A stretch of DNA of 64,000 bases from Tagaea sp. (GTDB taxonomy: Bacteria; Pseudomonadota; Alphaproteobacteria; CACIAM-22H2), in assembly GCA_965279525.1 (NCBI GenBank), contig CBDIIB010000004.1, positions 64,001 to 128,000 of the forward strand. The letters are read 5' to 3'. The translations under genes and the position numbers were made by a program. Below, piece after piece: positions 49,669-60,080 of the stretch (within the stretch, counting starts at the first letter, position 1; the number at the start of each line of letters is the position of its first letter). The notes below the pieces were generated by a model, which was given only the letters and a program-made list of their open reading frames with translations, was not told the DNA's origin and did not search any database.

Positions 49669-50673
49669 ATGCGTGTCTACGCAAGATACTTTTTCAGTCG
49701 GTTTCTCCAGTTCCTGCTTGTCGTGTTCATCGGCGTCAATCTCGCCTATGTCATCACGCACGCGACGCCGATCGATCCGATCGAGCACACGGTCTCGGTC
49801 GCGACGGCGTTCGGTCATACCGCACCGGAAGCCGTTGCGGCGATGCGCGAGTCGCTGCGGGAACTCTACGGGCTGACGGGCACGCCGCTGGAGCAGTACG
49901 TCAATTTCTGGCGCCGGGTCCTCGTCGCCGATTTCGGGCCGTCGCTTTCGGCCTTTCCAACACCGGTTTCCACTCTCATCGGCCGTGCGACTCCCTGGAC
50001 CGTCGGACTGCTCGGTGTCGCGACCGTCCTGACATGGTGCATCGGAAATCTGCTTGGCGGGCTCGCCGGCTACTACCGCCGGAACCGTCTGTTGAAGGCG
50101 TTCGGGATCATCGCCATGGGACTCCACCCGATGCCTTACTACATCGCGGCGATCCTCCTGCTCATCGTCTTCGGGTTCGTCTGGCCGATCTTTCCGATCA
50201 CCGGCGGCTCGCAGATGAACCTCGCCCAGGGATGGACATTCGACTATGCGCTGTCGGTGGCGCGGCACTCGGTGCTGCCGCTGCTCTCGCTGGTCCTCGT
50301 CGGACTCGGCGGCTGGTTCGTCGGGATGCGCAGCCTAGTTTCGAACATCGTCACCGAAGACTACGTCATCTACGCCGAGCTTGCCGGCGTCGACCGCCAG
50401 CGGATACTTACATCGTACATCATGCGCAACGCCATCGCGCCGCAGGTCACGGGCCTTGCGATTTCGCTCGGCCACGTCTTTTCGGGTGCGCTGATTACCG
50501 AGCGCGTATTCGGGTATCCGGGAATCGGGTCGCTGCTGGTGGATGGCGTGAATGCCGGCGACTACAGCCTTGTGCTCGGCGTGACGACTGTTTCGATCCT
50601 TGGCGTGTCCATCGCCGTGTTCGTGATCGACCTCATCTACCCGTTGATCGATCCCCGTGTGACGGTGACCTGA
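49669..50673 (+). CDS. Peptide-type ABC permease
   Basis: DFGPS, FGYPGIG and IDPRV motifs. Confidence 0.9.
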   Translation: MRVYARYFFSRFLQFLLVVFIGVNLAYVITHATPIDPIEHTVSVATAFGHTAPEAVAAMRESLRELYGLTGTPLEQYVNFWRRVLVADFGPSLSAFPTPVSTLIGRATPWTVGLLGVATVLTWCIGNLLGGLAGYYRRNRLLKAFGIIAMGLHPMPYYIAAILLLIVFGFVWPIFPITGGSQMNLAQGWTFDYALSVARHSVLPLLSLVLVGLGGWFVGMRSLVSNIVTEDYVIYAELAGVDRQRILTSYIMRNAIAPQVTGLAISLGHVFSGALITERVFGYPGIGSLLVDGVNAGDYSLVLGVTTVSILGVSIAVFVIDLIYPLIDPRVTVT

Positions 50674-50676
50674 GAA

Positions 50677-51543
50677 ATGCTCGTCATCATCCGCGACCTG
50701 CTGCGCCACAACGGCGATTTCCTCGCGGGCATCCTGCTAACGGGGTTCGTCGTCCTGATGGCGTTGCTTTCGTTCGTCTCGCCGTATCATCCTCTCGACC
50801 AGTTCGTGGCACCGCTCGACGTTCCGCCATCAGCCGGCCACTGGTTCGGCACCACGTCGCGTGGCCAGGATCTGTTCTGGCTTCTTGCCTATTCGATCCG
50901 CAACACGCTGGCCTTCGGCATTCTCGTGGCGATCATCAGCCGCGTGCTGTCGCTTTCGATCGGCCTTCTCGCGGGTTATCGCGGTGGCTGGGTCGATCGG
51001 ATTTTGATGTCTATAAACGATACCTTTATCGTGATCCCGCTGTTCCCGATCCTCGTCCTCTTCTACTTCGTCATGCGCGACAACATGTCGTGGGTCCTGC
51101 TGGCCATCCTCACGGCGTTTCTCGGCTGGTCGTACGACGCGCGGCTGATTCGTTCGGTGGCACTCAGTCTCAGGAACCGGGAGTTCACGCAGACCGCCAT
51201 TTTTTCAGGAATGAACACGCGCGAAATCCTCGCCCGGGAGCATTTGCCCTTCGTGCTTCCGATCGTGTTCTCGACGACGCTCAACAACATGAATTGGTCG
51301 ATCGGCCTCGAAGTGACATTGGCGGTGCTGGGGTTCACCGACATCAACCGGCCTAGTGTCGGCGGGATGATCTATTGGGCAAACCAGCACAGTGCGGTGG
51401 TTTCCGGAATCTGGTGGTGGATCGCTTTTCCCGTCGGTCTGGTCGTGATGCTGTTCATCGGGCTCTACCTGCTGGCGGTGTCAATGAACGAGTACATCGA
51501 TCCGCGTTCCCGCCTCGATCGCATGGGGGGGCAGGGCAAGTGA
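50677..51543 (+). CDS. Peptide-type ABC permease
   Basis: HWFGTTSRGQD and YIDPR motifs. Confidence 0.9.
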   Translation: MLVIIRDLLRHNGDFLAGILLTGFVVLMALLSFVSPYHPLDQFVAPLDVPPSAGHWFGTTSRGQDLFWLLAYSIRNTLAFGILVAIISRVLSLSIGLLAGYRGGWVDRILMSINDTFIVIPLFPILVLFYFVMRDNMSWVLLAILTAFLGWSYDARLIRSVALSLRNREFTQTAIFSGMNTREILAREHLPFVLPIVFSTTLNNMNWSIGLEVTLAVLGFTDINRPSVGGMIYWANQHSAVVSGIWWWIAFPVGLVVMLFIGLYLLAVSMNEYIDPRSRLDRMGGQGK

Positions 51544-52580
51544 ATACGAGCATCGATGCCGCCCGACCGGCGGCCGACGGCGCTCCAGGTCCGGTCGTGT
51601 CGGTACGCGACCTGCGCGCCTGGTACCGGCTATCGATGTTCGGCGTGGCGCGCGAGGTCAAGGCGGTCGACGGCGTCAGTTTCGAGATCCGGAATGACGA
51701 GATCTACGGGCTTGCGGGGGAGTCGAGTTCGGGAAAATCGACGCTCGTCAAGACGATCGCCGGCGCGATCCGGCCGCCGCTGGAGATCGTCGGGGGCGAG
51801 ATCGCCTTCAGTTTCATGGCGGGTACGGACGGACTCCACCGGGCATCGCGGGAGACGGCCGCACAGGTGCGCTGGCGGCATCTTTCCTACGTGATGCAGG
51901 GCTCGATGAGCGTCCTCAATCCGGTGCGCCGTGTCCGGGCGTCCTTCGTGGACTTCGCGTTCCGCCACATGGGGCTAGACGGAGCCGGATTCGATGCGGC
52001 TGTCGTCGCCCATCTTGAACGCGTTAACCTCGGCGCGTCGGTGCTCGACGCATATCCGCATGAATTGTCGGGTGGCATGCGCCAGCGCGTCACGATCGCG
52101 CTGGCAACCATCTGCCGGCCGAAGTTCGTGATTGCCGACGAACCGACGACGGCGCTTGACGTCGTCGTGCAGAAGGATGTCCTCGGCATGTTCCGGGGGA
52201 TCCAACGGGAAATGGGATCGTCTGTCCTGTTCGTCACGCACGACATGGGTGTCCACGCCCATCTGACCGACCGTTTGGGCATAATGTATGCAGGCCGGCT
52301 CGTCGAGGAGGCTCGGACCGCCGACCTGTTCGCGCGCCCCCGGCATCCATACACCCGGCATCTGATCGAATCTCTGCCCCGGATCGGTGACGACAAGCCA
52401 CGGCGAGGGCTTGAGGGCGCACCACCGAGCCTGGCGGATCCGCCGGACGGGTGCCGGTTCCACCCACGCTGCAGCTTTGCAACGGATCGTTGCCGCCGCG
52501 AGGTTCCGCAGATGACCGTGGTCGCACCGGACCATCGCGTCGCGTGCTTCGAGCGCGACCGGGTCGAGGCGGCGCAATGA
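51540..52580 (+). CDS. Peptide-type ABC ATP-binding protein
   Basis: GESSSGKS, LSGGMRQR and CRFHPRC motifs. Confidence 0.9.
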   Translation: MNTSIDAARPAADGAPGPVVSVRDLRAWYRLSMFGVAREVKAVDGVSFEIRNDEIYGLAGESSSGKSTLVKTIAGAIRPPLEIVGGEIAFSFMAGTDGLHRASRETAAQVRWRHLSYVMQGSMSVLNPVRRVRASFVDFAFRHMGLDGAGFDAAVVAHLERVNLGASVLDAYPHELSGGMRQRVTIALATICRPKFVIADEPTTALDVVVQKDVLGMFRGIQREMGSSVLFVTHDMGVHAHLTDRLGIMYAGRLVEEARTADLFARPRHPYTRHLIESLPRIGDDKPRRGLEGAPPSLADPPDGCRFHPRCSFATDRCRREVPQMTVVAPDHRVACFERDRVEAAQ

Positions 52581-53404
52581 CGGCGGCACTCCTTGAACTG
52601 GACGCGGTCTCGAAGACCTTCAGCCGGGGCGGCATCCTGTCCCGCGAGCGGATCGAGGCCGTCATCGACGTGAATTTCCGCCTCGACGGGGAGCGGGCGG
52701 AGATATTCTCGATCATCGGTGAGTCGGGGTCGGGAAAGTCGACGATCGCCCGAATGATCCTGGCGCTCCAGTCACCGACGTCTGGGCGTGTCAAGTTCAG
52801 GGGCAGGGATCTATCCGAGATCCGGACAAAGGACGAGCGCCAGAACTTCATGGCGTCTGTCCAGCCCGTATTCCAGAACCCGTTCGAGGCCTTCAATCCT
52901 CTGAAGCAGCTGGACCGCTATTTGTTCATGACCTGTCGACGCTTCACAGGCGTTCGCGACGAAGGCGCAGTCCACGCCGCGGCGGATGCGGCGCTCCGGC
53001 AGGTCGGGCTGTCGCTTGCCGAGGTACGCGGTCGTTATCCCCACGAACTTTCGGGCGGCCAGCTCCAGCGCGTGGCGATTGCCCGGGCGCTGGCGTCGAA
53101 GCCGTCCCTGCTGGTGGCGGACGAGCCGGTCTCGATGGTTGACGCATCGCTACGGGCGTCGATCGTCGCGCTCTTCTGCAAGCTGCGGGACGAGTTGGGA
53201 CTTTCGATCGTCTACATCACGCATGATCTGGCGACTGCCTACTCCATCTCCGACCGCATCGTCATCATGCAGAAGGGCCGGATCGTGGAAAGCGGCGAAG
53301 CGCGGAGCGTGCTTGCCGATCCGAAGCACCCGTACTCGCGCAAGCTCAAGGACTCGGTTCTGGAGCCGCTTGCGCCCGGCGACACCCCGATGTTCGCCCG
53401 CTGA
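52577..53404 (+). CDS. Peptide-type ABC ATP-binding protein
   Basis: GESGSGKS, LSGGQLQR and DEPVSM motifs. Confidence 0.9.
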   Translation: MTAALLELDAVSKTFSRGGILSRERIEAVIDVNFRLDGERAEIFSIIGESGSGKSTIARMILALQSPTSGRVKFRGRDLSEIRTKDERQNFMASVQPVFQNPFEAFNPLKQLDRYLFMTCRRFTGVRDEGAVHAAADAALRQVGLSLAEVRGRYPHELSGGQLQRVAIARALASKPSLLVADEPVSMVDASLRASIVALFCKLRDELGLSIVYITHDLATAYSISDRIVIMQKGRIVESGEARSVLADPKHPYSRKLKDSVLEPLAPGDTPMFAR

Positions 53405-53442
53405 ATTTTCGTGCATTCCAACAAACGAGACAGGAACTCGCC

Positions 53443-54993
53443 ATGAGAAACGCCAACGTACTTCTCGACCGGAACTTCTCCATCGGCCGTACGGATCGCC
53501 GTCTCTTTGGTGCCTTCGTCGAGCATCTCGGGCGCTGCGTCTACGGCGGAATATTCGAACCGGGCCACAAGACTGCCGACAAGAGAGGATTTCGAGGCGA
53601 CGTCCTCGCGCTTGTCCGTGAGCTCGGCCCCACGATCATGCGGTATCCAGGCGGCAACTTTGTCTCGGGCTACAACTGGGAAGATGGGGTCGGGCCTGTC
53701 AAAGAACGGCCGGCACGGCTCGATCTCGCGTGGTTCTCGACCGAGCCGAACAGTTTCGGAACGAACGAGTTCATGGACTGGTGCGTGGCCGCGGGCATAG
53801 AGCCGATGCTGGCCGTCAATCTCGGGACACGCGGGGGCGACGCGGCCCGAAATCTGGTCGAGTACTGCAACCACCCCGGAGGTACCTACTATTCCGATCT
53901 CCGGAAGAAGCATGGCTGGGAGAAGCCGCACGACATCAAGTTCTGGTGTCTGGGCAACGAGATGGACGGTCCATGGCAAATGGAGACGAAGACCGGCCGC
54001 CAGTACGGAGCTGTCGCACGCGAAGCGGCCAAGATGATGCGGTGGATCGATCCGTCCCTTGAACTCGCGGCCTGCGGATCGTCGGCGCGCTCGATGCCGA
54101 CTTATGGCCAGTGGGAAGAAGAAGTACTCGAGGAGACCTTCGAGCAGGTCGATTTCATTTCCCTGCACACCTATCTAAACAACTACAACGGAGATACTGC
54201 GGCCTTCCTCGCCTGTCCGGACTTGATGGACAACTTCATCGACGAAGTCGTGGCGATCGCAGATTCGGTCGCCGCCAAGCGGCGTTCGACGAAGCGCGTC
54301 ATGCTCGCCTTCGACGAATGGAACGTCTGGTATCGCACGCGCCGGCCGCGCGCCAACCGCATCAAGCCGGGTTGGCCGGTCGCCCCGCCGATCCTCGAGG
54401 AGATCTACAACATGTCCGATGCGCTCGCTTTCGGCGGTGCGTGCATCTCTCTCCTAAATCACGCGGATCGCGTAAAGACGGCATGCCTTGCCCAGCTTGT
54501 GAACGTGATCGCGCCCATCATGACCGAGACTGGCGGCCCGGCCTGGCGCCAGACGATCTTCCATCCGTTTGCGCAGATGAGCCGGTATGGGCGCGGCGAC
54601 GTTCTCCGGACGAAGATCGAAAGCGATACCTACGATGCCTCGTACTATGATCCTCGCGGTGACCAGGATCTCTACTTCCCGATCAAGAACACGCCTTACC
54701 TCAAGCTCGCGGCAGTCGCGGGCGAGGACGGGAAATCGTTGTCTTTGTTCGCATTGAACCGCGATCTTTCCGGCGAGCTACGGGTGAGAGTCGATGCCCG
54801 GGGATTCCATGGGCTCAAGGTGGTGTCGGCCGAGGAGTTGCGGCATGATCGGCTCGACGCGGTGAACTCCAAGAATGATCCGGAATGCGTATCGCCTGTG
54901 CCTCTGGAGGGAATTTCAGTCGCGGACGGCATCGTGAACATGACCCTGAAACCGGCTTCGTGGAATGTCATCCGGCTCCAATCGACGAAATAG
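53443..54993 (+). CDS. abfA: Cytoplasmic alpha-L-arabinofuranosidase (GH51)
   Basis: EHLGRCVYGG, RYPGGNF, GNEMDG (acid/base), FDEWN (nucleophile) and AQLVNVI motifs. Confidence 0.95.
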   Translation: MRNANVLLDRNFSIGRTDRRLFGAFVEHLGRCVYGGIFEPGHKTADKRGFRGDVLALVRELGPTIMRYPGGNFVSGYNWEDGVGPVKERPARLDLAWFSTEPNSFGTNEFMDWCVAAGIEPMLAVNLGTRGGDAARNLVEYCNHPGGTYYSDLRKKHGWEKPHDIKFWCLGNEMDGPWQMETKTGRQYGAVAREAAKMMRWIDPSLELAACGSSARSMPTYGQWEEEVLEETFEQVDFISLHTYLNNYNGDTAAFLACPDLMDNFIDEVVAIADSVAAKRRSTKRVMLAFDEWNVWYRTRRPRANRIKPGWPVAPPILEEIYNMSDALAFGGACISLLNHADRVKTACLAQLVNVIAPIMTETGGPAWRQTIFHPFAQMSRYGRGDVLRTKIESDTYDASYYDPRGDQDLYFPIKNTPYLKLAAVAGEDGKSLSLFALNRDLSGELRVRVDARGFHGLKVVSAEELRHDRLDAVNSKNDPECVSPVPLEGISVADGIVNMTLKPASWNVIRLQSTK

Positions 54994-55048
54994 AACGCCC
55001 CCCGCGGCGTCCAGATCCGGCACGCGCCGATCGGCAGCCGGGAAAGCC

Positions 55049-56017
55049 GTGGGTTTGGCAGAGCGTCCGCTTGCACACAGTTTTCTTGCTGTGGACCCTG
55101 CGCGGCAGTTCGCGGTCATACGTGGGCTTGCGTCGCCTGTGCGGATCCGGATTCTCCAGCTACTTCGCCGCACTGGACCACTGAATGTGAACCAGATCGC
55201 CGAGGCGCTCGGACTTCCGCAGTCGACTGTCGCGACGAACGTGCAGATTCTTACGGAAGCAGAACTTATCGAGACGTCGCTAGGAAAGGCGAGCAAGGGC
55301 CAGCAGAAGATATGCTGGGCAAGGTTCGACGAGATCGTCATCCAGCTTGCGCCTGATCCGCCAAATCGCGAGACGAATCTGGTCGAGGTCGAGATGCCGC
55401 TTGGCCTTTACACCAACTGCGAGGTGTCGGCGCCTTGTGGCATGTGTTCGACGGACCGGATCATGGGCGTACTCGATGTTCCGAGCCTCTTCCTTGATCC
55501 GGTACGCGTCCAGGCCGCGCTGATCTGGTTTGGCCGGGGATTCGTCGAGTACAAATTTCCGAACAATGCAAAACTTGTGAACCGGGGGGTCGAAGCGCTG
55601 GAGTTCGAGCTGGAGCTTTCGTCCGAGGTTCCTGGAACGAACAAGGATTGGCCGTCCGACATCTCCGTGTGGGTCAACGATGTTCCGGTGGGGATCTGGA
55701 CCGCCCCCGGCGACTATGGAGATCGTCGTGGCCGATTTACGCCGCGGTGGTGGAAGCTCGAGGGTTCGCAATACGGGGACCTGACGACATGGAGGATCGG
55801 GGTGGATGGCACCTCGATCAACGGCAAGCGCGTTTCGAATGTCGGCCTGTCGAAGCTCGGTCTGCCCGATCATCACTCCATTCGCCTGCGCATCGGTATC
55901 GACGACAAGGCTAAGCGGCCCGGCGGGGTAAACATATTCGGCAAGGGATTCGGAAATCATGGTCGCGACATTGTCATGCGACTTCGACTGTCGCCGCGCC
56001 ATCTGTCGCCGGCGTAG
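55049..56017 (+). CDS. ArsR-type HTH regulator of the GH51-associated family
   Basis: LASPVRIRIL HTH, PCGMCS, LELSSEVPG, WPSDI and SQYG motifs; start uncertain. Confidence 0.85.
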   Translation: MGLAERPLAHSFLAVDPARQFAVIRGLASPVRIRILQLLRRTGPLNVNQIAEALGLPQSTVATNVQILTEAELIETSLGKASKGQQKICWARFDEIVIQLAPDPPNRETNLVEVEMPLGLYTNCEVSAPCGMCSTDRIMGVLDVPSLFLDPVRVQAALIWFGRGFVEYKFPNNAKLVNRGVEALEFELELSSEVPGTNKDWPSDISVWVNDVPVGIWTAPGDYGDRRGRFTPRWWKLEGSQYGDLTTWRIGVDGTSINGKRVSNVGLSKLGLPDHHSIRLRIGIDDKAKRPGGVNIFGKGFGNHGRDIVMRLRLSPRHLSPA

Positions 56018-56081
56018 GTCGGCTCGAAACAAGGAAACGACGCGGCCAACGGCTACGTCATGACAGTACGGAGGAGCAATC

Positions 56082-57011
56082 GTGGCATCGATCTACACAC
56101 GTTACACCGGAATGTTTCCGATCGCCCCGACGCCATTCCACGACAACGGGGACCTTGATCTCGACGGCCAGCGCCGCGTGCTGGACTGCATGATTGACCA
56201 AGGTGTTGACGGTATCTGCATCCTTGCGAATTACTCCGAGCAATTCCTGCTGACGGATCACGAGCGCGATACGCTACTGGATATCTGCCTCTCGCACGTC
56301 GCCGACCGCGTTCCGGTCATCGTCACCACCAGCCATTTCAGCACACGGATCGCCGCCGAGCGGAGCCGCAAGGCGGCCAAAGCCGGCGCGAAGATGCTGA
56401 TGCTGATGCCGCCCTATCACGGGACCGCACTGCGTGCCGACGAGGCCGGCATCCTTGAGCACTTTGCCGCAGTCGCCGAGGCAAGCGGCCTGCCGATCAT
56501 GGTGCAGGATGCGCCGCTGAGCGGCGTCACGATGTCGGCATCCTTCCTCGCGCGGATGGCCAAGGAAATTCCGAGCGTCTGTTATTTCAAGATCGAGGTG
56601 CCGTTTGCCGCCGACAAACTGCGTAGCATGATCGAGCTTGGCGGCAAGGGTATCGTCGGGCCGTTCGACGGTGAAGAATCGATAACGCTGATGGCGGACC
56701 TCGAAGCCGGTGCAACCGGTACGATGGCGAGCGCGCTGCTGCCCGATCTGATCCGCCCGGTCGTCGTCGATTTCCTCGCCGGCCGCAGGAAGGACGCGTA
56801 TGACGCCTATTCGCGGATACTGCCTCTGATCAACTACGAAAACCGGCAGTGCGGCTTGCGCGCGACCAAAGTGGCGATGAAGGAGGGCAAGGTGATCAAG
56901 AGCGATGCCGTTCGCCATCCTCTAAAGGCGCTCCATCCAGCAACTCGCGCCGGTCTGCTCGACATTGCTGGCCCTCTCAAACCGATGGCCCTCCGTTGGG
57001 GGCATAGCTGA
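56082..57011 (+). CDS. araD: L-2-keto-3-deoxyarabonate dehydratase (DHDPS family)
   Basis: LANYSEQF, PPYHG, QDAP, YFKIE and DGEE motifs typical of L-KDA dehydratase; arabinose context. Confidence 0.85.
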   Translation: MASIYTRYTGMFPIAPTPFHDNGDLDLDGQRRVLDCMIDQGVDGICILANYSEQFLLTDHERDTLLDICLSHVADRVPVIVTTSHFSTRIAAERSRKAAKAGAKMLMLMPPYHGTALRADEAGILEHFAAVAEASGLPIMVQDAPLSGVTMSASFLARMAKEIPSVCYFKIEVPFAADKLRSMIELGGKGIVGPFDGEESITLMADLEAGATGTMASALLPDLIRPVVVDFLAGRRKDAYDAYSRILPLINYENRQCGLRATKVAMKEGKVIKSDAVRHPLKALHPATRAGLLDIAGPLKPMALRWGHS

Positions 57012-57016
57012 TTTCC

Positions 57017-57188
57017 ATTGCTCTTGATTTCCATCCATTTCCCTTCGTTGCCGAAGTTCATGGAAACTGTCATTCAAATCATTGAATAACCGGAAGTCTG
57101 GGGGACGCAGGTTCGAATTCTGCCGCTCCGCCCATCAAAGAAGCCCGCCGACCGGAACTCCGGTCGGCGGGCTCGTCATTTCGAGGTG
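57017..57188 (+). repeat. att-like junction copy 2: arm, tRNA-Pro(GGG) 3' half remnant and terminator hairpin
   Basis: CTGGGGG anticodon loop, GCAGG-TTCGAAT-TCTGC T-arm, CGCTCCGCCCA end, then hairpin 57142-57173. Confidence 0.8.
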
Positions 57189-57207
57189 TACTGTCGGATC
57201 ACGCCAG

Positions 57208-57239
57208 AAAAATGCGCCGGGCAGTTCGGCCCGGCGCAT
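57208..57239 (-). terminator. Rho-independent terminator of the ssuA-like gene
   Basis: ATGCGCCGGGC-N6-GCCCGGCGCAT with a U5 tract on the minus strand. Confidence 0.7.
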
Positions 57240-57326
57240 CGAAACAAGTCGTTGCGCCAGGCATCGCCGATCTGCCGTGGTCGACGGGCGCGACGAATTG
57301 AATGGGCGGGATCGAGATACTCGGTC

Positions 57327-58286
57327 CTACTCCAGCATGAATGCGGAAGGGGATATCAGGTCCTTGCGGACGTCTATCTTGTTGCGCAGCATTCCGGCCT
57401 CGACCATGAAGTCCTGATCGGCGCCCAGATTGGCGACATCGTTGTCGGTCATGCGTAGCGCGAAATCGTAGTAGGTCAACATCTTGCGCGCGTCGTCGAT
57501 GTCGATCTTCTGGTCATCGGCGGCGAGTTTCAGCGCTTCCTCCGGGTTGGATTTCATGAACGCCAGTGCCTTGCGATGAGCGGCGAGATAGGCCGCAACG
57601 ATCTGAGGGTGCTTGTCGAGGAGGTCGCCGCGCACAGCGATAACCGCCGTCGGCTCGAGAAGTCCGGCGCCCGACGCGATCACTCTGCCGCCGGCCTTCT
57701 CGACCACCAGTGCGTTGTTGCCTGCGAGCGTTGCGGCATCGACCTTGCCGGCCAGCAGAGCGGCTCTGGCCGATGGCAGGTCCATACTGACATGCTCGAT
57801 ATCGGTCAGCTTCATGCCGTTCTTCGCAAGCGCTGCCGCGAGCAGCTGATGCAGCACCGTTCCTTTGGGCCCAGCGACTGTCTTGCCTTTTAGCGATGCG
57901 ATGTCGGCTGGCCCATCCGCGCGCGTGAGGATCATGTAGGCTTTCGCTCCCCGGCTGTAGGTGGCGACCGCCTTGACGTCAATCCCGTTGGCCCGGCCCA
58001 GGATGGCTGACGATCCACCCAACACGCTGGCGATGTGGATTTCGCCCGCGGCAAGTGCCTGCATCTGCTGTGCTCCTGACGTGATCTCGGGCGATTCGAC
58101 GCGGATACCGAGTGGCCTGTACGCTTCGTCGAGATAGCCCTTCGCCCGCATGACGATCGAGGGCATGTTGAAAGGCGCGGCAACATATGTGACGCGAAGC
58201 GTTTCGATTTTCTGGGCACTCGCATGCGAAAAGCTCGCCAGAAATGCGACTGCCGCGATCGTGGAAAGTCGGATGGATATCTTCAT
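57327..58286 (-). CDS. SsuA/TauA/NitT-family substrate-binding protein
   Basis: Signal peptide, SLKGKTVAGPKGT and GKVDAA; AAGGAG RBS. Confidence 0.88.
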   Translation of the reverse strand: MKISIRLSTIAAVAFLASFSHASAQKIETLRVTYVAAPFNMPSIVMRAKGYLDEAYRPLGIRVESPEITSGAQQMQALAAGEIHIASVLGGSSAILGRANGIDVKAVATYSRGAKAYMILTRADGPADIASLKGKTVAGPKGTVLHQLLAAALAKNGMKLTDIEHVSMDLPSARAALLAGKVDAATLAGNNALVVEKAGGRVIASGAGLLEPTAVIAVRGDLLDKHPQIVAAYLAAHRKALAFMKSNPEEALKLAADDQKIDIDDARKMLTYYDFALRMTDNDVANLGADQDFMVEAGMLRNKIDVRKDLISPSAFMLE

Positions 58287-58299
58287 GGTCAGGTCTCCT

Positions 58300-59040
58300 T
58301 CAGGGATTTGTCCTTCGATCCTCGCCGGCTTCGAAGCCGGCAATGATCGCGCGGCGGAGTTCGACGATTGCCGAATCCGTCGGATCGCGCGGGTGCGGGA
58401 GGGGATTGGCGTATCTTTCGGCGATGACGCCGCGTTCCATCAGGCACACGCTGTCGGCGAGCAGGGCGGCTTCTTCGATGTCGTGCGTGACGAATACGAT
58501 CGTCGGCCTCAGGTGCCGCCAGACGGTGACGAGTTCGGCCTGCAGGCGGCGGCGCGTCATCGCGTCCAGTGCCGCGAACGGTTCATCGAGCAAAAGCAGA
58601 TCTGGCCGCGTTACGAGGGCCCGGGCAAGACCCGCCCGACTTGCCATGCCGCCCGACAACTGGTTGGGCCGCGCCTCGGTGAAATCGCCAAGACCCATCA
58701 CGTCAAGGACCTCGGTGACGCGAGCGGCTATGTCGGATTTCGGCAGACGGCGTTCCAGTGCGAAGCCCACATTTCGCGCGACGCTGAGCCAGGGCATCAG
58801 CCGTGGTTCCTGAAAAACATAGCCGACACCCGAAGTATCCCGGCCGTTCCGCACGATCGTTCCGGCGGTCGGCTGTTCGAGGCCGGCGAGAAGGCGCAAC
58901 GCCGTCGTTTTGCCGCAGCCCGATGGGCCGACCAGTACCGTGATGCTTCCCGCGGGGAGCTGCAGGTCGAAGTCGCGCAACGCCGCGACCTCGCGCCCGT
59001 CGATCCTGTAGGACTTCGAGATCGCACGGCATTCAAGCAT
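58300..59040 (-). CDS. SsuB/TauB-family ABC ATPase
   Basis: GPSGCGKT, FQEPRLMPW, LSGGM and DEPFAALD motifs. Confidence 0.9.
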   Translation of the reverse strand: MLECRAISKSYRIDGREVAALRDFDLQLPAGSITVLVGPSGCGKTTALRLLAGLEQPTAGTIVRNGRDTSGVGYVFQEPRLMPWLSVARNVGFALERRLPKSDIAARVTEVLDVMGLGDFTEARPNQLSGGMASRAGLARALVTRPDLLLLDEPFAALDAMTRRRLQAELVTVWRHLRPTIVFVTHDIEEAALLADSVCLMERGVIAERYANPLPHPRDPTDSAIVELRRAIIAGFEAGEDRRTNP

Positions 59041-59815
59041 GGGATTCGCGTGGCTGGTCGACAGGCACCCAAGGCCAGGCACGGGCGATGGCGCGGCGGA
59101 AGAGCCAGTCGCTCGCCAGGCCGAGAATGCCGATCATGATCACGCCGACGACGACGATGTCGGTACGCGCGAGGTTCTGCGCGTCTTCGATCAGATAGCC
59201 GAGCCCCGCCGAAGACGCGACGAGCTCGGCACCCACGAGTGCTCGCCAGCCTTGACCGAGTGCGATGCGCAAGCCGATCACGACGGAAGGCAAGGCCGAA
59301 GGCAGGACGATGCGCAGCAAGATCTCGTTGCGCGAGAGCCCGCTCACACGGCCGACTTCGATCAGCTTCGGGTCGCACTGGGCAACTCCGCCGGTTGTGC
59401 CGAGAAAGATCGGGAAGAAACAGGCAAGCGTGATGATGCCGACTTTCTGTGTCTCGCCTATCCCGAGCCACAGGATCAGAAGCGGGATCATCGCAAGTGG
59501 CGGGATCTGGCGCAGGAACTCGAGCGGCGGTTCGACGATCGTCCGTACCCATGCGATGCTGGCGAAGACGAACGCGACGACGAGCGCGAGCAATGTCGAC
59601 AGCGCGAAGCCGGCCGCCAATCGGGTGACGCTGATCCGGATATGCTTGGCGAGTTGGCCGCTTTCGAGCAGCTCCTGCGCGGCGTCCGCGACCAAAGACG
59701 GTGACGGCAGCAGTGCACGCGAAACGCCGGTCGTGGCGACGCCAACGGCCCAGATCACGACGATCGCGATCGCGACGAGTGGCCAGACGGGCAGGGTCGG
59801 TCGGGGTTGCGGCAT
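59033..59815 (-). CDS. SsuC/TauC-family ABC permease
   Basis: LPSP, IPPLAMIPL and AELVASSAGLG motifs. Confidence 0.9.
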   Translation of the reverse strand: MPQPRPTLPVWPLVAIAIVVIWAVGVATTGVSRALLPSPSLVADAAQELLESGQLAKHIRISVTRLAAGFALSTLLALVVAFVFASIAWVRTIVEPPLEFLRQIPPLAMIPLLILWLGIGETQKVGIITLACFFPIFLGTTGGVAQCDPKLIEVGRVSGLSRNEILLRIVLPSALPSVVIGLRIALGQGWRALVGAELVASSAGLGYLIEDAQNLARTDIVVVGVIMIGILGLASDWLFRRAIARAWPWVPVDQPRESHA

Positions 59816-59996
59816 GTGCGTCAAACCCGCACGAACGCGCGCTGGTTCCGCCGGAAGCCGGTATCAGGGCGGGCTGCTGTGTGGATGACAATTGTAGTCG
59901 TGGATGAGGTAATTTCCATTGATTGCCAGTTAGTTAAGAAGGTGGAGCGGAGGCTCGTCAGGACGCCGGGTTGGGGGAGGCGTTCCCACATGCCAT

Positions 59997-60020
59997 ATTG
60001 CAAATGCCTCGCAATTGCAC
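59997..60020. promoter_or_regulatory. Fur/Mur-family-like operator
   Basis: TGCAAAT-N7-AATTGCA inverted repeat in the divergent promoter region. Confidence 0.55.
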
Positions 60021-60080
60021 TACCTGTCAACATGAAATGGTGACTGCATATGGCTGCGCGCTTGAAATCGTTGCTGGGGA

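Noticed and set aside
57098-57134. Intact tRNA gene
   Set aside because: No 5' acceptor strand or D-arm, and the variable region is deleted; treated as an att remnant.
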